Part shown: piece by piece, positions 45,913-58,528 of the stretch
Layout of the letters: the number at the start of each line of letters is the position of its first letter
Numbering within the stretch: position 1 is the stretch's first letter
Source of the DNA: Longimicrobiales bacterium
Lineage (GTDB): Bacteria; Gemmatimonadota; Gemmatimonadetes; Longimicrobiales; RSA9
Direction of reading: 5' to 3'
Length of the DNA: 64,000 nt
NCBI GenBank assembly: GCA_035512635.1
Contig: DATKDR010000098.1
Coordinates: 26,273 to 90,272 of the forward strand
Translations under genes and position numbers: made by a program
The notes under the pieces: model-generated
What the model saw: only the letters and a program-made list of their open reading frames with translations
Database searches by the model: none
What the model was told of the DNA's origin: nothing

Positions 45913-48210
45913 TCAGAGCAGCGAGACCGGGTCCCTGTCCAGGACGAGCCTCAGGTCGCCGCCGAGCGACGGATAGTCCTCGAGCAGCGCACGGCCGACC
46001 CTGCCGAGAGGCGAGGCATTCGGCGAGCGGAGCAGGAAGTGCCAGCGCCAGCGGCCCCGGATGCGATCGATGGGACAGGGAGCGGGGCCGATGAGCGTGA
46101 CCGCCCGCGCGTCGCGCGCGATGGACGAGAGGGTCCAGTGGGCGACGGTGGCGATGGCATCCTCGACGCTCTTCTGGTCCTCGCCCGAGACGATGACGTT
46201 GATGAGCCGGCAGTGGGGCGGGTAGCACGGGCCGCGGCGCTCCTCGAGCTCGCGCTCGGCGAAGCCGACGAAGTCGTGCGACAGCGAGCGCTCGATGGCG
46301 TAGTGGCGCGGCAGCGACGTCTGCACGAGGACGAGGCCGCCGCGCAGTCCCCTGCCCGCGCGACCGGCAACCTGCGTCAGCAGCTGGAACGTGCGCTCGG
46401 TCGCGCGGAAGTCGGGCAGGTTGATGCCGACGTCGGCGTTGACGACCCCAACCAGCGTGACGTTCGGGAAGTCGAGCCCCTTCGCGATCATCTGCGTGCC
46501 GAGCAGGATGTCGATGTCGGCCGCGCCGAAACGCTCCAGGATACGGTGGTGCGACCATTTGGCGGACGTGGTGTCGATGTCCATGCGGGCGACGCGCGCG
46601 TCGGGAAACGTCTCGGCCACGGTGCGCTCGACCTGCTCGGTGCCGACGCCCCGGTAGACCACGACCTCCTCGCCGCAGCGGCGACAGGTCGCGGGTGGAG
46701 CCTCCTCGTGCAGACAGTAGTGACAGACCAGCCGGCGGCGGCCGCGATGGTAGGTGAGGCTGACGTTGCAGTCGGGGCAGGCCCACACCTCGCCGCAGCC
46801 GCGACACTGCACGAACGTGCTGTAGCCGCGGCGATTGAGAAGCAGGATGGTCTGCTCGTGACGCCGGAGCCGTTCGGCGATGGCCTCGACGAGCGGGGGC
46901 GACAGCACGGGCGGCGCGCCGCGCGCGGGTGCCCGGTCGCGGCGGCCGGGCTGTGCGGTGCGGCGCTCGCGCTCGTCCGAGTCGCGGCGCCCCTCGCGCA
47001 GATCGATGACGCGCACCTCGGGCAGCCCGAGCTCGCCGATGCGCTCGTGCAGCTCGATCAGCTCGAACTTGCCGGTGCGCGCGTTGTTCCAGCTCTCGAG
47101 GGAGGGCGTCGCGCTGCCGAGGACGCACACCGCGCCGGCCGCGGTGGAGCGCACGACGGCGACTTCGCGGGCGTGGTAGCGCGGCGCCTCCGACTGCTTG
47201 TAGCTGCCTTCGTGCTCCTCGTCGACGACGATCGCGCCGAGGTCGCGCACGGGGGCGAAGACGGCGGAGCGGGCGCCGATCGCGATGCGCTTCCGTCCCT
47301 GGCGCAGGGCGTCCCAGGCGTCGTAGCGCTCGCCGTCGGAGAGCGCCGAGTGGAGCACGGCGATGTCGTCGCCGAAGCGGGCGCGGAAGCGCGCGACGGT
47401 CTGCGGCGTGAGCGCGATCTCGGGCACGAGCACGATGGCGCCGCGCCCCTGCCGCCGCACGACCTCGTCCAGCAGCTCCAGATAGACGCGCGTCTTGCCG
47501 GAGCCGGTGACGCCGCGCAGCAGGAACGGCTTCGGCGCCGCGGCGTCCCGACTCGCCGCGGCGAGCAGCGGCGCGACGACCGCCTGCTGCTCCGCCGTGA
47601 GCGGCGGCACGACCTCCACGTCGCGCGGCATCTCCGCGAAGGGGTCGCGGCGCACGCGCTTCTCGTCGAGTCGGGCCAGCCCCTTGTCGACGAGGCCGTT
47701 CAGGACGGAGGTGGAAAAGCCGAGGCGCTCGGTCAGGTGCGGTACTTCGGCGGCGCCGTCCATCGCCTCGAGCAGCTCGAACAGCTCGCGCTGGCGCGCC
47801 GCTCGCCGGAAGACGGTGTCGCGCTGGCTCAGGCTCGGCAGCTCGGCAACCAGCCGCAGCACGCGCGTCGTCCGGATCGGCGGCTCCGAGCGCTCGGGTC
47901 GGGACAGAGCCGCCGGCAGCGCGCTGCGCAGCACCAGGCCGAGCGGCGCCAGGTAGTAGTCGGCGATCCATGCGCACAGGCGCATCAGGTCGGCGGGAAC
48001 CGCGGGCGTCGGGTCGAGCACGCGCTTCACCGCGCGGATGCGCGTCGTGTCCGGCTCGCCCTGCGTCTCCCCCGTCACCCAGCCGATCAGCGTTCTTCGG
48101 GCGAAGGGAACCAGCACTCTCGAGCCGGACGCTACTCTTTCATCCGTCTGGTATGTGAACGTGCGCGGGATGGGCAGCGGCAGCGCGACTTCTACGAGCG
48201 TTGTCGGCAC
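45913..48210 (-). CDS. priA: primosomal protein N' (replication restart helicase PriA)
   Basis: VEVALPLPIPRTFTY N-terminus, GVTGSGKT, DEEH, and the Cys-rich zinc region CRGCGEVWACPDCNVSLTYH..CHYC. Confidence 0.95.
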   Translation of the reverse strand: MPTTLVEVALPLPIPRTFTYQTDERVASGSRVLVPFARRTLIGWVTGETQGEPDTTRIRAVKRVLDPTPAVPADLMRLCAWIADYYLAPLGLVLRSALPAALSRPERSEPPIRTTRVLRLVAELPSLSQRDTVFRRAARQRELFELLEAMDGAAEVPHLTERLGFSTSVLNGLVDKGLARLDEKRVRRDPFAEMPRDVEVVPPLTAEQQAVVAPLLAAASRDAAAPKPFLLRGVTGSGKTRVYLELLDEVVRRQGRGAIVLVPEIALTPQTVARFRARFGDDIAVLHSALSDGERYDAWDALRQGRKRIAIGARSAVFAPVRDLGAIVVDEEHEGSYKQSEAPRYHAREVAVVRSTAAGAVCVLGSATPSLESWNNARTGKFELIELHERIGELGLPEVRVIDLREGRRDSDERERRTAQPGRRDRAPARGAPPVLSPPLVEAIAERLRRHEQTILLLNRRGYSTFVQCRGCGEVWACPDCNVSLTYHRGRRRLVCHYCLHEEAPPATCRRCGEEVVVYRGVGTEQVERTVAETFPDARVARMDIDTTSAKWSHHRILERFGAADIDILLGTQMIAKGLDFPNVTLVGVVNADVGINLPDFRATERTFQLLTQVAGRAGRGLRGGLVLVQTSLPRHYAIERSLSHDFVGFAERELEERRGPCYPPHCRLINVIVSGEDQKSVEDAIATVAHWTLSSIARDARAVTLIGPAPCPIDRIRGRWRWHFLLRSPNASPLGRVGRALLEDYPSLGGDLRLVLDRDPVSLL

Positions 48211-48247
48211 ACGCGCGCTCTGGTTCGTGATCGACGGGCTTTCGGGA

Positions 48248-49021
48248 TCAGCGCGAGATCCTCACGAAGTCGTAAGGCGGCCACGGGCCCGTCACGTCGA
48301 ACGTCAGATCGGTATGCCGGTGGCCGAGCTCCTCGGCCTGGTCCATGAACTGGAGCCAGTTGCCGCGGTTGACCAGGAACGCAGCGGAGAGGACGTGCTC
48401 CTCCTCGTGGGGGAAGGGGAACGCGGCCCGCGCGAAGCGGCGCAGCTCGGAGTACACGTGCAGGGCGCCCTCGGCGGCCTCGGAGCGCAGCTCCGGAATC
48501 GTCGGCTTCAGGTGCAGGCGCAGCTCCCAGTGGCCCTCGACCAGAGCGATGCCTTCCTCGAGCGGGATGTACTGCTCCTGGAGGAAGCGGATGATCGCGC
48601 GCCGGCCACGGAATACGATGCCGCACGGCGCAGGCAGCAGCGTGTCACGCTTGCTCGCATTCCAGATGACCCGCTGATGCTCCTGCACGGCGTCCCGATC
48701 GAACGTCGGCATGCTGAAGGCGCAGGGCCGCACGAGCGCCTCCAGATCACGGTAACGGATGCGCAGCAGCTCCTCGCGGTCCTTCGAGCCCAGCGAGGAT
48801 CGCCACGCGCCCGCGCGGTTCACGCCGTACAGGTAGTAGCCGGTAGAGGACTCGGGGCGCTCGGTGTCGCCGCGTCCCTCGCGACGCGGCGCCTCGCTTA
48901 CCGCTTCCTCGGCGTCCAGCGCGCGGCGGCCCGCTTCCTCGCGGCGCTCCTGCGCCTCGCGACGCGCCTCGTCGATCTCCGGCGACGGGATCCTCAAGCG
49001 CGCCCTCCATACAGCGCCCAT
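48248..49021 (-). CDS. GvpL/GvpF-family protein (orphan)
   Basis: YYLYGV.., DRDAVQEHQRVI, FRGRRAIIRFL, WELRLHLK and a PWPPYDF C-terminus resemble GvpF/L. The N-terminal ~65 aa are charged. The start overlaps the upstream M24 peptidase stop by 28 nt, so it may lie further in. Confidence 0.6.
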   Translation of the reverse strand: MGAVWRARLRIPSPEIDEARREAQERREEAGRRALDAEEAVSEAPRREGRGDTERPESSTGYYLYGVNRAGAWRSSLGSKDREELLRIRYRDLEALVRPCAFSMPTFDRDAVQEHQRVIWNASKRDTLLPAPCGIVFRGRRAIIRFLQEQYIPLEEGIALVEGHWELRLHLKPTIPELRSEAAEGALHVYSELRRFARAAFPFPHEEEHVLSAAFLVNRGNWLQFMDQAEELGHRHTDLTFDVTGPWPPYDFVRISR

Positions 49022-50208
49022 ACGCTGTCCTGGGGCTCGGGAGTCGTTACTTCGGGTCCGTCGGCTCCCATGAAGACGTCGATCTCGGTACGCAGGCCGA
49101 TGTCGCCCGCCAGGTAAACGCCGGGCTCGATCGAGAAGCCGACGCCTTCGATGAGCGTGCGCGTCTCGCGCGTCTCCAGGTTGTCGATGTTGGGTCCCAT
49201 GCCGTGCGTCGCCTGGTCGATGGAGTGGCCGGTGCGATGGATGAAGGCATCACCATAGCCGCGGGCGCTGACAACGCCACGTGTCGCGTCGTCGACTTCG
49301 TAGCCCCGGATCGGGGTGCCGGCGGTCCAGCGCTCGCGCAGGAGCTGGACGCCGGCGTCGCGGCCGTCGCGGATCACGGCGAAGAGATCCTGGATGCGGT
49401 CCGGCACGCGCTCGCCGAGGAAGCCCATCCAGGTCTGATCGGCGTAGATGCCCTCCTCCGTTTCCTTCGACCACAGGTCGAGCAGCACGAGATCGCCGGA
49501 GCGCAGCTCCGCGCCGCGCTCGCCGGGCTCGTAGTGGGGATCGGCGGCATTGACGGTATTGGCGACGATGGCATCGGCGCCGACGCTGGCGCCGCGGCGC
49601 TCGAGCTCGGCGAGGACCCACGCCTTGAGCGCGCCCTCGGTCAGCGTGCCGCCGTCGCGCGTGGCGTCCGCGAGGTGCGTGAAGGCGTCGCGCGCGGTAT
49701 CGGCGAGGACGCGCGCCGCGCGCCGATGCGACGCCAGTCCTTCGGGCGACCAGCGCGAATAGAAGCGCGACACGAGATTGCCGGAAGACTGCACGTCGGC
49801 GGCGCCGGCCTGGCGCACCATCTCGACGACGCCCGCGGGCACCAGGTCCATGGCGGGCACGGCGTCGCTCGCGGAGTACTCCATCGCGAGCCGCTTTCCC
49901 GTCACCAGCCGCTGCAGCTCGTCGCGCAGCGGAGCCCAGCCGACGTAGGCGGTGGTCGACCACGGCCACTGCTGCCAGGGCGTTCGCTCGATGCCGTGGA
50001 TGAGCGCATGCGGCTCGCCCTCACGCGGGATCAGCACGAAGAAGCGGCGGGTCAGGTCGCCGAGGCCGAGCATGCGCACGGCGACCGGATTGCGCGCGTG
50101 CAGGTCGTAGAGCAGCCAGCCATCCAGGTTCTCGGCCAGGAGCGCCTCGCGGATCTCGTCGATCGAATCACGCAGGGTCCGGAAATCGGATGCGAACGCG
50201 CCTTTCAA
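48994..50208 (-). CDS. M24 family Xaa-Pro peptidase
   Basis: TTG at 50208 (TTGA overlap, GAGAGAGGA upstream). HRTGHSID, GFSIEPGVY and a pita-bread fold metal-ligand pattern. Confidence 0.75.
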   Translation of the reverse strand: MKGAFASDFRTLRDSIDEIREALLAENLDGWLLYDLHARNPVAVRMLGLGDLTRRFFVLIPREGEPHALIHGIERTPWQQWPWSTTAYVGWAPLRDELQRLVTGKRLAMEYSASDAVPAMDLVPAGVVEMVRQAGAADVQSSGNLVSRFYSRWSPEGLASHRRAARVLADTARDAFTHLADATRDGGTLTEGALKAWVLAELERRGASVGADAIVANTVNAADPHYEPGERGAELRSGDLVLLDLWSKETEEGIYADQTWMGFLGERVPDRIQDLFAVIRDGRDAGVQLLRERWTAGTPIRGYEVDDATRGVVSARGYGDAFIHRTGHSIDQATHGMGPNIDNLETRETRTLIEGVGFSIEPGVYLAGDIGLRTEIDVFMGADGPEVTTPEPQDSVWALYGGRA

Positions 50209-51197
50209 GGTCCTCTCTCGTTCGGGGACGCAGGTTTCGTTGTCTCGCTCCGCGTGCCGCTGCGCCTGTCGCCACTTCCGCGCCACTTGGTGCCGCGAAT
50301 GAAGGCGAGGCCGAGCATGCGCTCGCGCGCGATGAGGCGACGCACCTCGTTGCCGTGCAGCACCGCTTCCCACACGCCGCCCCAGCCCCAGCGGCGCCAG
50401 GCGCGCCAGAGGACGCTGAAGCGATCGCGCAGCGAGTAGAAGTCGACCAGCCCGGCGATGCCGAGCAGCGGCTGCTGTGGCGCCGCGGCGGCGTCGGTCA
50501 GATCCTCGACCTGGAGCCCGACCACGCCCGCGTCGCGCAGCATCTGCTTCCATTCCACGAGCAGCATGGGTCGCAGCCCGAGCATGCGGACGAGGGACTC
50601 GCGGAGCGCGTCGTCGAGCTGGCGCGTCCAGACGAGCTGGAGCAGCGCGACGTTGCCCATCGGCTTGACCACCCGCACCAGCTCGCTCACGGCCGCGGCG
50701 GGGTCGCCGCTCGCGCCCAAGCCCAGCTCGCCCATCGCGAAGTCGAAGATGTCGTCCTGGTACGGCAGATCGACGATCGGCGCGACGTCGAAGTGCAGAC
50801 GTCCCGACAGGTTCGCCACGCGCGCCCGCTCCGTCGCGTCCGCCGTCAGCTCCGCGTTCGGGTCGACGCCCGCGCCGGATGCGCCGCTGACGTCGGCCAG
50901 GAAGCGCGTCGTCAGCCCGCGTGCGGACGGGGCCAGCAGGAATTCGCTCTCCGGACCTAGCTCGGCAAGTCGCGCGATGCGCCGGTAGAGCGCCTCGGCG
51001 GCGGGCGAGAGATAGGGTAGACGGCTGAGCCGGCTGACGCCCAGAACGGAAGGGTGGCCAATCTCGAATGCGGACGGGTGCGGCTCGACGGCCGCGTCCG
51101 ACCCGGCCTGGCCGGAATCGGCCGCACCGCCCGATCGCTGGGCCTCGGGGCCGCCCGGCCGCTCAGGCAACGGGCCGGCCGGCTGCTCGGAAGGCAT
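50205..51197 (-). CDS. class I SAM-dependent methyltransferase
   Basis: From the ATG at 51197. The LLAPSARGL..GAGVDPN..DLPYQDDIFDFAM..VKPMGNVAL pattern is a methyltransferase-type fold. Confidence 0.65.
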   Translation of the reverse strand: MPSEQPAGPLPERPGGPEAQRSGGAADSGQAGSDAAVEPHPSAFEIGHPSVLGVSRLSRLPYLSPAAEALYRRIARLAELGPESEFLLAPSARGLTTRFLADVSGASGAGVDPNAELTADATERARVANLSGRLHFDVAPIVDLPYQDDIFDFAMGELGLGASGDPAAAVSELVRVVKPMGNVALLQLVWTRQLDDALRESLVRMLGLRPMLLVEWKQMLRDAGVVGLQVEDLTDAAAAPQQPLLGIAGLVDFYSLRDRFSVLWRAWRRWGWGGVWEAVLHGNEVRRLIARERMLGLAFIRGTKWRGSGDRRSGTRSETTKPASPNERGP

Positions 51198-51228
51198 GCG
51201 CGAAGTTAGACGGGCAGTTCGCGGGCGG

Positions 51229-52191
51229 TCAATCCTGCGGCGCCAGGCCGCAGAGCCCGCGCAGCACGGCCACGACACCCGCGCCCACGCGCGCAGGCGC
51301 GTAGCCGCCCTCAAGCGCCACCACCACGCGGCCCGCGGCGCTCGCGCGCGTCGCCTCCACCAGCCTCGTCGTCAGCCGGTGCAGGTCGCGCGGCTCCAGC
51401 CGCATGCCGCCCAGCGGATCGTCCGCGAGGCAGTCGAAGCCGGCGGAGACGAGCACCAGCTCGGGCGTGAACTCGGCGAGCGTCCCGGCCAGTGCCTCGT
51501 CGAAGACGGCGTGGTACTCCGCCGGGCCGGTACCGAGCGACAGCGGCACGTTGCGCGTCGTGCCCTTGCCCGCGCCCGTGCCGCGCTCGCCCGCGGCGCC
51601 CGTGCCCGGGTAGTGGGGCCACAGGTGGAGCGACAGGTAGTAGACCGACGGATCCGCGTAGAAGATGTCCTGCGTCCCGTTGCCGTGGTGCACGTCCCAG
51701 TCGACGATCAGCACACGCCCCACGCCGCGCTTCTGCGCGTGCCGCGCCGCGACGGCGACGTTGTTGAACAAACAGAAGCCCATCGCCCGGTCCGTCGGTG
51801 CGTGGTGGCCGGGCGGGCGCGACAGCGCGAGCGCCGCGTCGGCCGCGCCATCCAGCACGAGCTCGGCCGCGGTCGTCACGCAGCCTGCCGCCGCGACCGC
51901 CGCGTGCCAGGATGCGGCCGAGACGGCCGTGTCCGGATCCAGCTTCATGATGGTGTCGCCCGCGCGCGCGCGTGCCACCGCGTCCCGGACCGTGTCGACG
52001 TGCGCGCGCGTGTGCGCCAGCTCCAGCATCTCTTTCGTCGCGGGAGCGGCCTCCCTCTGGAGCATGAACGGCAGCAGGGCCGGCGTGTCCGCCTCCAGCG
52101 CGCGGATGATCGCCGGCAGGCGCCCCTGGTGCTCGGGATGGCCCCAGCCGGTGTCGTGCCTTCCACAGTCCGGGTGGCTGGTGAGGGCCAC
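51229..52191 (-). CDS. histone deacetylase-family (class II HDAC/AcuC-like) deacetylase
   Basis: RPPGHHA, FCLFNNVA and DWDVHHGNGTQ. Confidence 0.9.
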   Translation of the reverse strand: MALTSHPDCGRHDTGWGHPEHQGRLPAIIRALEADTPALLPFMLQREAAPATKEMLELAHTRAHVDTVRDAVARARAGDTIMKLDPDTAVSAASWHAAVAAAGCVTTAAELVLDGAADAALALSRPPGHHAPTDRAMGFCLFNNVAVAARHAQKRGVGRVLIVDWDVHHGNGTQDIFYADPSVYYLSLHLWPHYPGTGAAGERGTGAGKGTTRNVPLSLGTGPAEYHAVFDEALAGTLAEFTPELVLVSAGFDCLADDPLGGMRLEPRDLHRLTTRLVEATRASAAGRVVVALEGGYAPARVGAGVVAVLRGLCGLAPQD

Positions 52192-52455
52192 CCGAGTGGC
52201 TGGGTCGGAGGTCAGCGCGCCCTCCGGAGGTCGTCGGACACGCGCTTCTGCACGCCGAAGCGAGGCATTCAGTTATCAGGCAGCCGGTCCCGTGTGGTCG
52301 AGGCGAGGCATTTCAGTCATCGGGTCCCGGATCGATGCGAAGCATAGCGCAGCAGCGCGTGTGTCTGAATGCGTCCCTCCGGCTATGGCAGAACGTCTAC
52401 CTGACGACTGAATGCTTCGCGCTTCCGTCGCAGAAGCGGCTGGCCTGACAACCGG

Positions 52456-55944
<3,489 letters not shown>

Positions 55945-55947
55945 GCG

Positions 55948-56085
55948 TCAGGACTCCGTCGGTCGGTCGCTGCGGCGGGACTGCTTCACACGCTCGCGGC
56001 GCAGCGCGGTCACGACGAGAAGCGCGAGGCCGCCCCAGATGAAGGCGCCGATGATCAGGAAGGTCACGATGGCGGAGGAATTCAT
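55948..56085 (-). CDS. small membrane protein, MetS-like (IWGG motif)
   Basis: 45 aa, MNSSAIVTFLIIGAFIWGGLALLVVTALRRE... Its stop is 4 nt before the carB start. Confidence 0.4.
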   Translation of the reverse strand: MNSSAIVTFLIIGAFIWGGLALLVVTALRRERVKQSRRSDRPTES

Positions 56086-56136
56086 CGGGCTGAATCTGGC
56101 TGGCGGGCTCGTCTCTTGCAACGCCGCGCGGCCGTG

Positions 56137-56460
56137 ATGCCCCCCGCGGATCTCCCCCTGCAAGCGCCCGAACGCATCGGCCCGGATGAGGCCGGCGCCG
56201 TCGAGTACCTCGTCGACACGCTCATCGTCGAGGGGCAGCGCCAGCAGCTCTGGATCCGCATCGTGCCGGAAGGCGGGGCGTGGCACAACGCGCTGGTTTT
56301 CCGGCGGGACGGCAAGCTGTCACCGATGGAGGCCTGGACCACGGGGCTCGACTGGCATCTGCCGCCCACCGCCGCGTGGGACCGCGCGCACTCTCTCGAC
56401 GAGAAGGAGCGGCTCGAGCTGTACGAGCGCGCACTCCGCCCGAGACCGCCGATCATCTAG
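56137..56460 (+). CDS. hypothetical protein (107 aa)
   Basis: This is the terminal part of the long + frame antisense to carB, but it lies outside carB. It shows strong G/C third-position bias and non-repetitive composition. Confidence 0.45.
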   Translation: MPPADLPLQAPERIGPDEAGAVEYLVDTLIVEGQRQQLWIRIVPEGGAWHNALVFRRDGKLSPMEAWTTGLDWHLPPTAAWDRAHSLDEKERLELYERALRPRPPII

Positions 56461-56535
56461 TCTTCCGCTAGTCCGCCGCTGGCGATCGCTTCGTCCTGAT
56501 CCTCAGTGATTCATTCGGAGGACGACCACACCTGT

Positions 56536-56615
56536 TGCGAGCTCGAACCTCTTGCCGGCGCGTTTCGTACTGATCCCGTCGATCCGCTCGCTTCGGTCGG
56601 GCCTATCGGAGCCAC
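56536..56615 (+). repeat. dispersed ~80-nt repeat, copy B (left arm of inverted pair)
   Basis: TGCGAGCTCGAA..GCGCGTTTCGTACTGATCCCG..CTTCGGTCGGGCCTATCGGAGCCAC. Confidence 0.8.
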
Positions 56616-56660
56616 GCAGTGCGGCAACGCGGAAAATGATTCCGGCCTCTCCGATACGGA

Positions 56661-56739
56661 TGGCTCCGATAGGCTCGGCCGAAGGAAGGGGATCGCCGAC
56701 GAAGGTACGAAACGCGCCGGCGCGTGGTTCGAGCGCGCA
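56661..56739 (-). repeat. dispersed ~80-nt repeat, copy C (right arm of inverted pair)
   Basis: The reverse complement reads TGCGCGCTCGAA..GCGCGTTTCGTACC..CTTCGGCCGAGCCTATCGGAGCCA. Together with copy B it forms a ~200-bp palindromic element between convergent genes. Confidence 0.8.
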
Positions 56740-56760
56740 GGATCGGTGGCCAATGAAAGA

Positions 56761-57000
56761 TCAACGCGCGCTGTCACCCGACTGAGATGCCGTGTCCGCC
56801 GCGGCGGAGTCGAGCGAGGGGATGCGGATCGGATCGCCCAGTTCCGACATCCGGCTCGGCTCCTCGCCGTCGACCGTCCAGCCCGGGTTCTCCAGCGGCG
56901 CCTTGGTGTAGCCTCGCGGGTCGTCCGTGTCCGGATCGCCGCAGGCGGCCAGCGCGAGCAGGCAGACGGTCAGGGTGGCGGAGCGCAGGATCTTCGTCAT
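56761..57000 (-). CDS. small lipoprotein (79 aa)
   Basis: The ATG at 57000 gives MTKILRSATLTVCLLALAACGDP (lipobox). Confidence 0.55.
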   Translation of the reverse strand: MTKILRSATLTVCLLALAACGDPDTDDPRGYTKAPLENPGWTVDGEEPSRMSELGDPIRIPSLDSAAADTASQSGDSAR

Positions 57001-57262
57001 CGATCGTCGATCGGTCGGTGTCGGTGCCGCGGTCGATCCGCGGCGGCGGCAAATATGGAGGCCGCCTGCGTCACGCGCCATGCGTCGCGCGGGGCGGCCG
57101 ATTGGACGCGCGGGCCGGTCGGGCAATGCACCGGTCCTGGACCTGCGGCTGCTTTCGTCCCGCTCCATTTGCCAGCAGCCGATGGAATATGGCATGATAT
57201 ACGTCAGGCCGGCTCGGGACATTGAGCTGATATTCGATTTTGCTCCCCGGAGATTCCGTAAA

Positions 57263-57754
57263 ATGGCCGATACGAATGATCGGGTGATGGCGATGGTGGA
57301 GAAGGAGCTCCAGGCCGATCCCGAGATCAGCAACGAGGATCTGCGCACGAAGGCAGAGAAGCTCGACGAGGGTGTCGCGCGCATGTCCGCGCGACAATTC
57401 AACGCGCGCTACCCGCTCCAGGTGAAGCGGCGGCTCCGGCCGCGCCGCAGCGGCGGCCGCAAATCGGCCCGGCGAGGGGCCGGCAGGAAGAGAGGCGGAA
57501 AGACGCGCGCGGCGGGAGGCGCGAAGCGCGGCCGGCCGGCCGGCGCCGGACGAAAGGCGAGACGGCCGGCGGCAGCGAAGAGCGCCCGCGCGACGCGCGG
57601 CGGCCAGGAAGACGGAACGCGCGGCCGGGTCCGCGCGACGATGCTCGACTTCGCGCGGGATCTGGCTTCCGCCGACGGGGCGGGACTGGTCGACGTGATC
57701 GCGGGCGTCGACGGCTACGTCGACCGCGTGCTGGAGGCGACCGGCCGGTCCTGA
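57263..57754 (+). CDS. hypothetical protein with Arg/Lys/Gly/Ala-rich basic central region
   Basis: ATG at 57263 after GGAGA. Structured N- and C-terminal segments flank the basic stretch RRLRPRRSGGRKSARRGAGRKRGGKTRAAGGAKRGRPAGAGRKARR. Confidence 0.5.
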   Translation: MADTNDRVMAMVEKELQADPEISNEDLRTKAEKLDEGVARMSARQFNARYPLQVKRRLRPRRSGGRKSARRGAGRKRGGKTRAAGGAKRGRPAGAGRKARRPAAAKSARATRGGQEDGTRGRVRATMLDFARDLASADGAGLVDVIAGVDGYVDRVLEATGRS

Positions 57755-57864
57755 TCGGCGTATGCAAGACATTCTCGACTACCGGCTCTCGGAGCCGATC
57801 CAGCGGCTCCCTCTGAGCACAGCGCTGCTGCTGATCGCCGCCGTCGTGCTGCATTCGGCGCTGA

Positions 57865-58443
57865 TCAGCCGGCCGAGGCGCTCCGGATCCGGGCGGCCGT
57901 GAGGCCGAGCGGGTCCGCGATGGCCCGCATCGCCTCGATCACGTTCTGTATGTGCTCCGCGAGCTCGAGGCCGAGCAGTCCGGCGCCGCGCTCGACATCC
58001 GCGCGATCCACGCCACGCGCGAACGCGGGGTCCTTCATCTTCTTGCGCACCGACTTGGGCGTGAGGTCGTCGATTCCCGTCGGCCGCACGAGCGCCGTCG
58101 CCGTGATCAGCCCGGTCAGCTCGTCGCAGGCGAGGAGCACGCGATCGAGCGGCGTCTCCGGCGCGACGCCCGTGAAGTCGGGGCGATGCGCGAGGATCGC
58201 GTGCAGCACCTCCTCCGGACAGTCGCGGCCCCGCAGCTCCTCCACCGCGCGCAGCGGATGCTCCTCGGGGTACTTCTCCCAGTCGAGGTCGTGCAGCAGC
58301 CCGGCGAGGCCCCACACGTCCGGATCGCCGCCCATGCGCTCGGCGTAGAAGCGGACCGCGGCCTCGACGGCGAGCATGTGATTGCGCAGGCCGGGGCTCT
58401 CGACCCACTCGTGCAGCAGCGCCACGGCTTCGTCTCGATTCAT
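57865..58443 (-). CDS. HD-domain phosphohydrolase
   Basis: From the ATG at 58443: NHMLAVEAA and GLLHDLD (HD motif). Confidence 0.8.
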   Translation of the reverse strand: MNRDEAVALLHEWVESPGLRNHMLAVEAAVRFYAERMGGDPDVWGLAGLLHDLDWEKYPEEHPLRAVEELRGRDCPEEVLHAILAHRPDFTGVAPETPLDRVLLACDELTGLITATALVRPTGIDDLTPKSVRKKMKDPAFARGVDRADVERGAGLLGLELAEHIQNVIEAMRAIADPLGLTAARIRSASAG

Positions 58444-58528
58444 GCGGCGCAATCTTCCCACGAGCCGCCGCGCGCGAAAGGGGAGCGGATCCGCCGCTCG
58501 AGGCGGACCCGTCCCCCGCGGAATCGCG

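Noticed and set aside
56700-56745. tRNA-like T-arm (GCGCG-TGGTTCGAG-CGCGC) suggesting a tRNA or tRNA-derived element
   Set aside because: The loop is 9 nt rather than 7. No acceptor, D or anticodon arms can be drawn. The segment is simply the conserved terminal block of the 80-nt dispersed repeat, and all three copies carry it.
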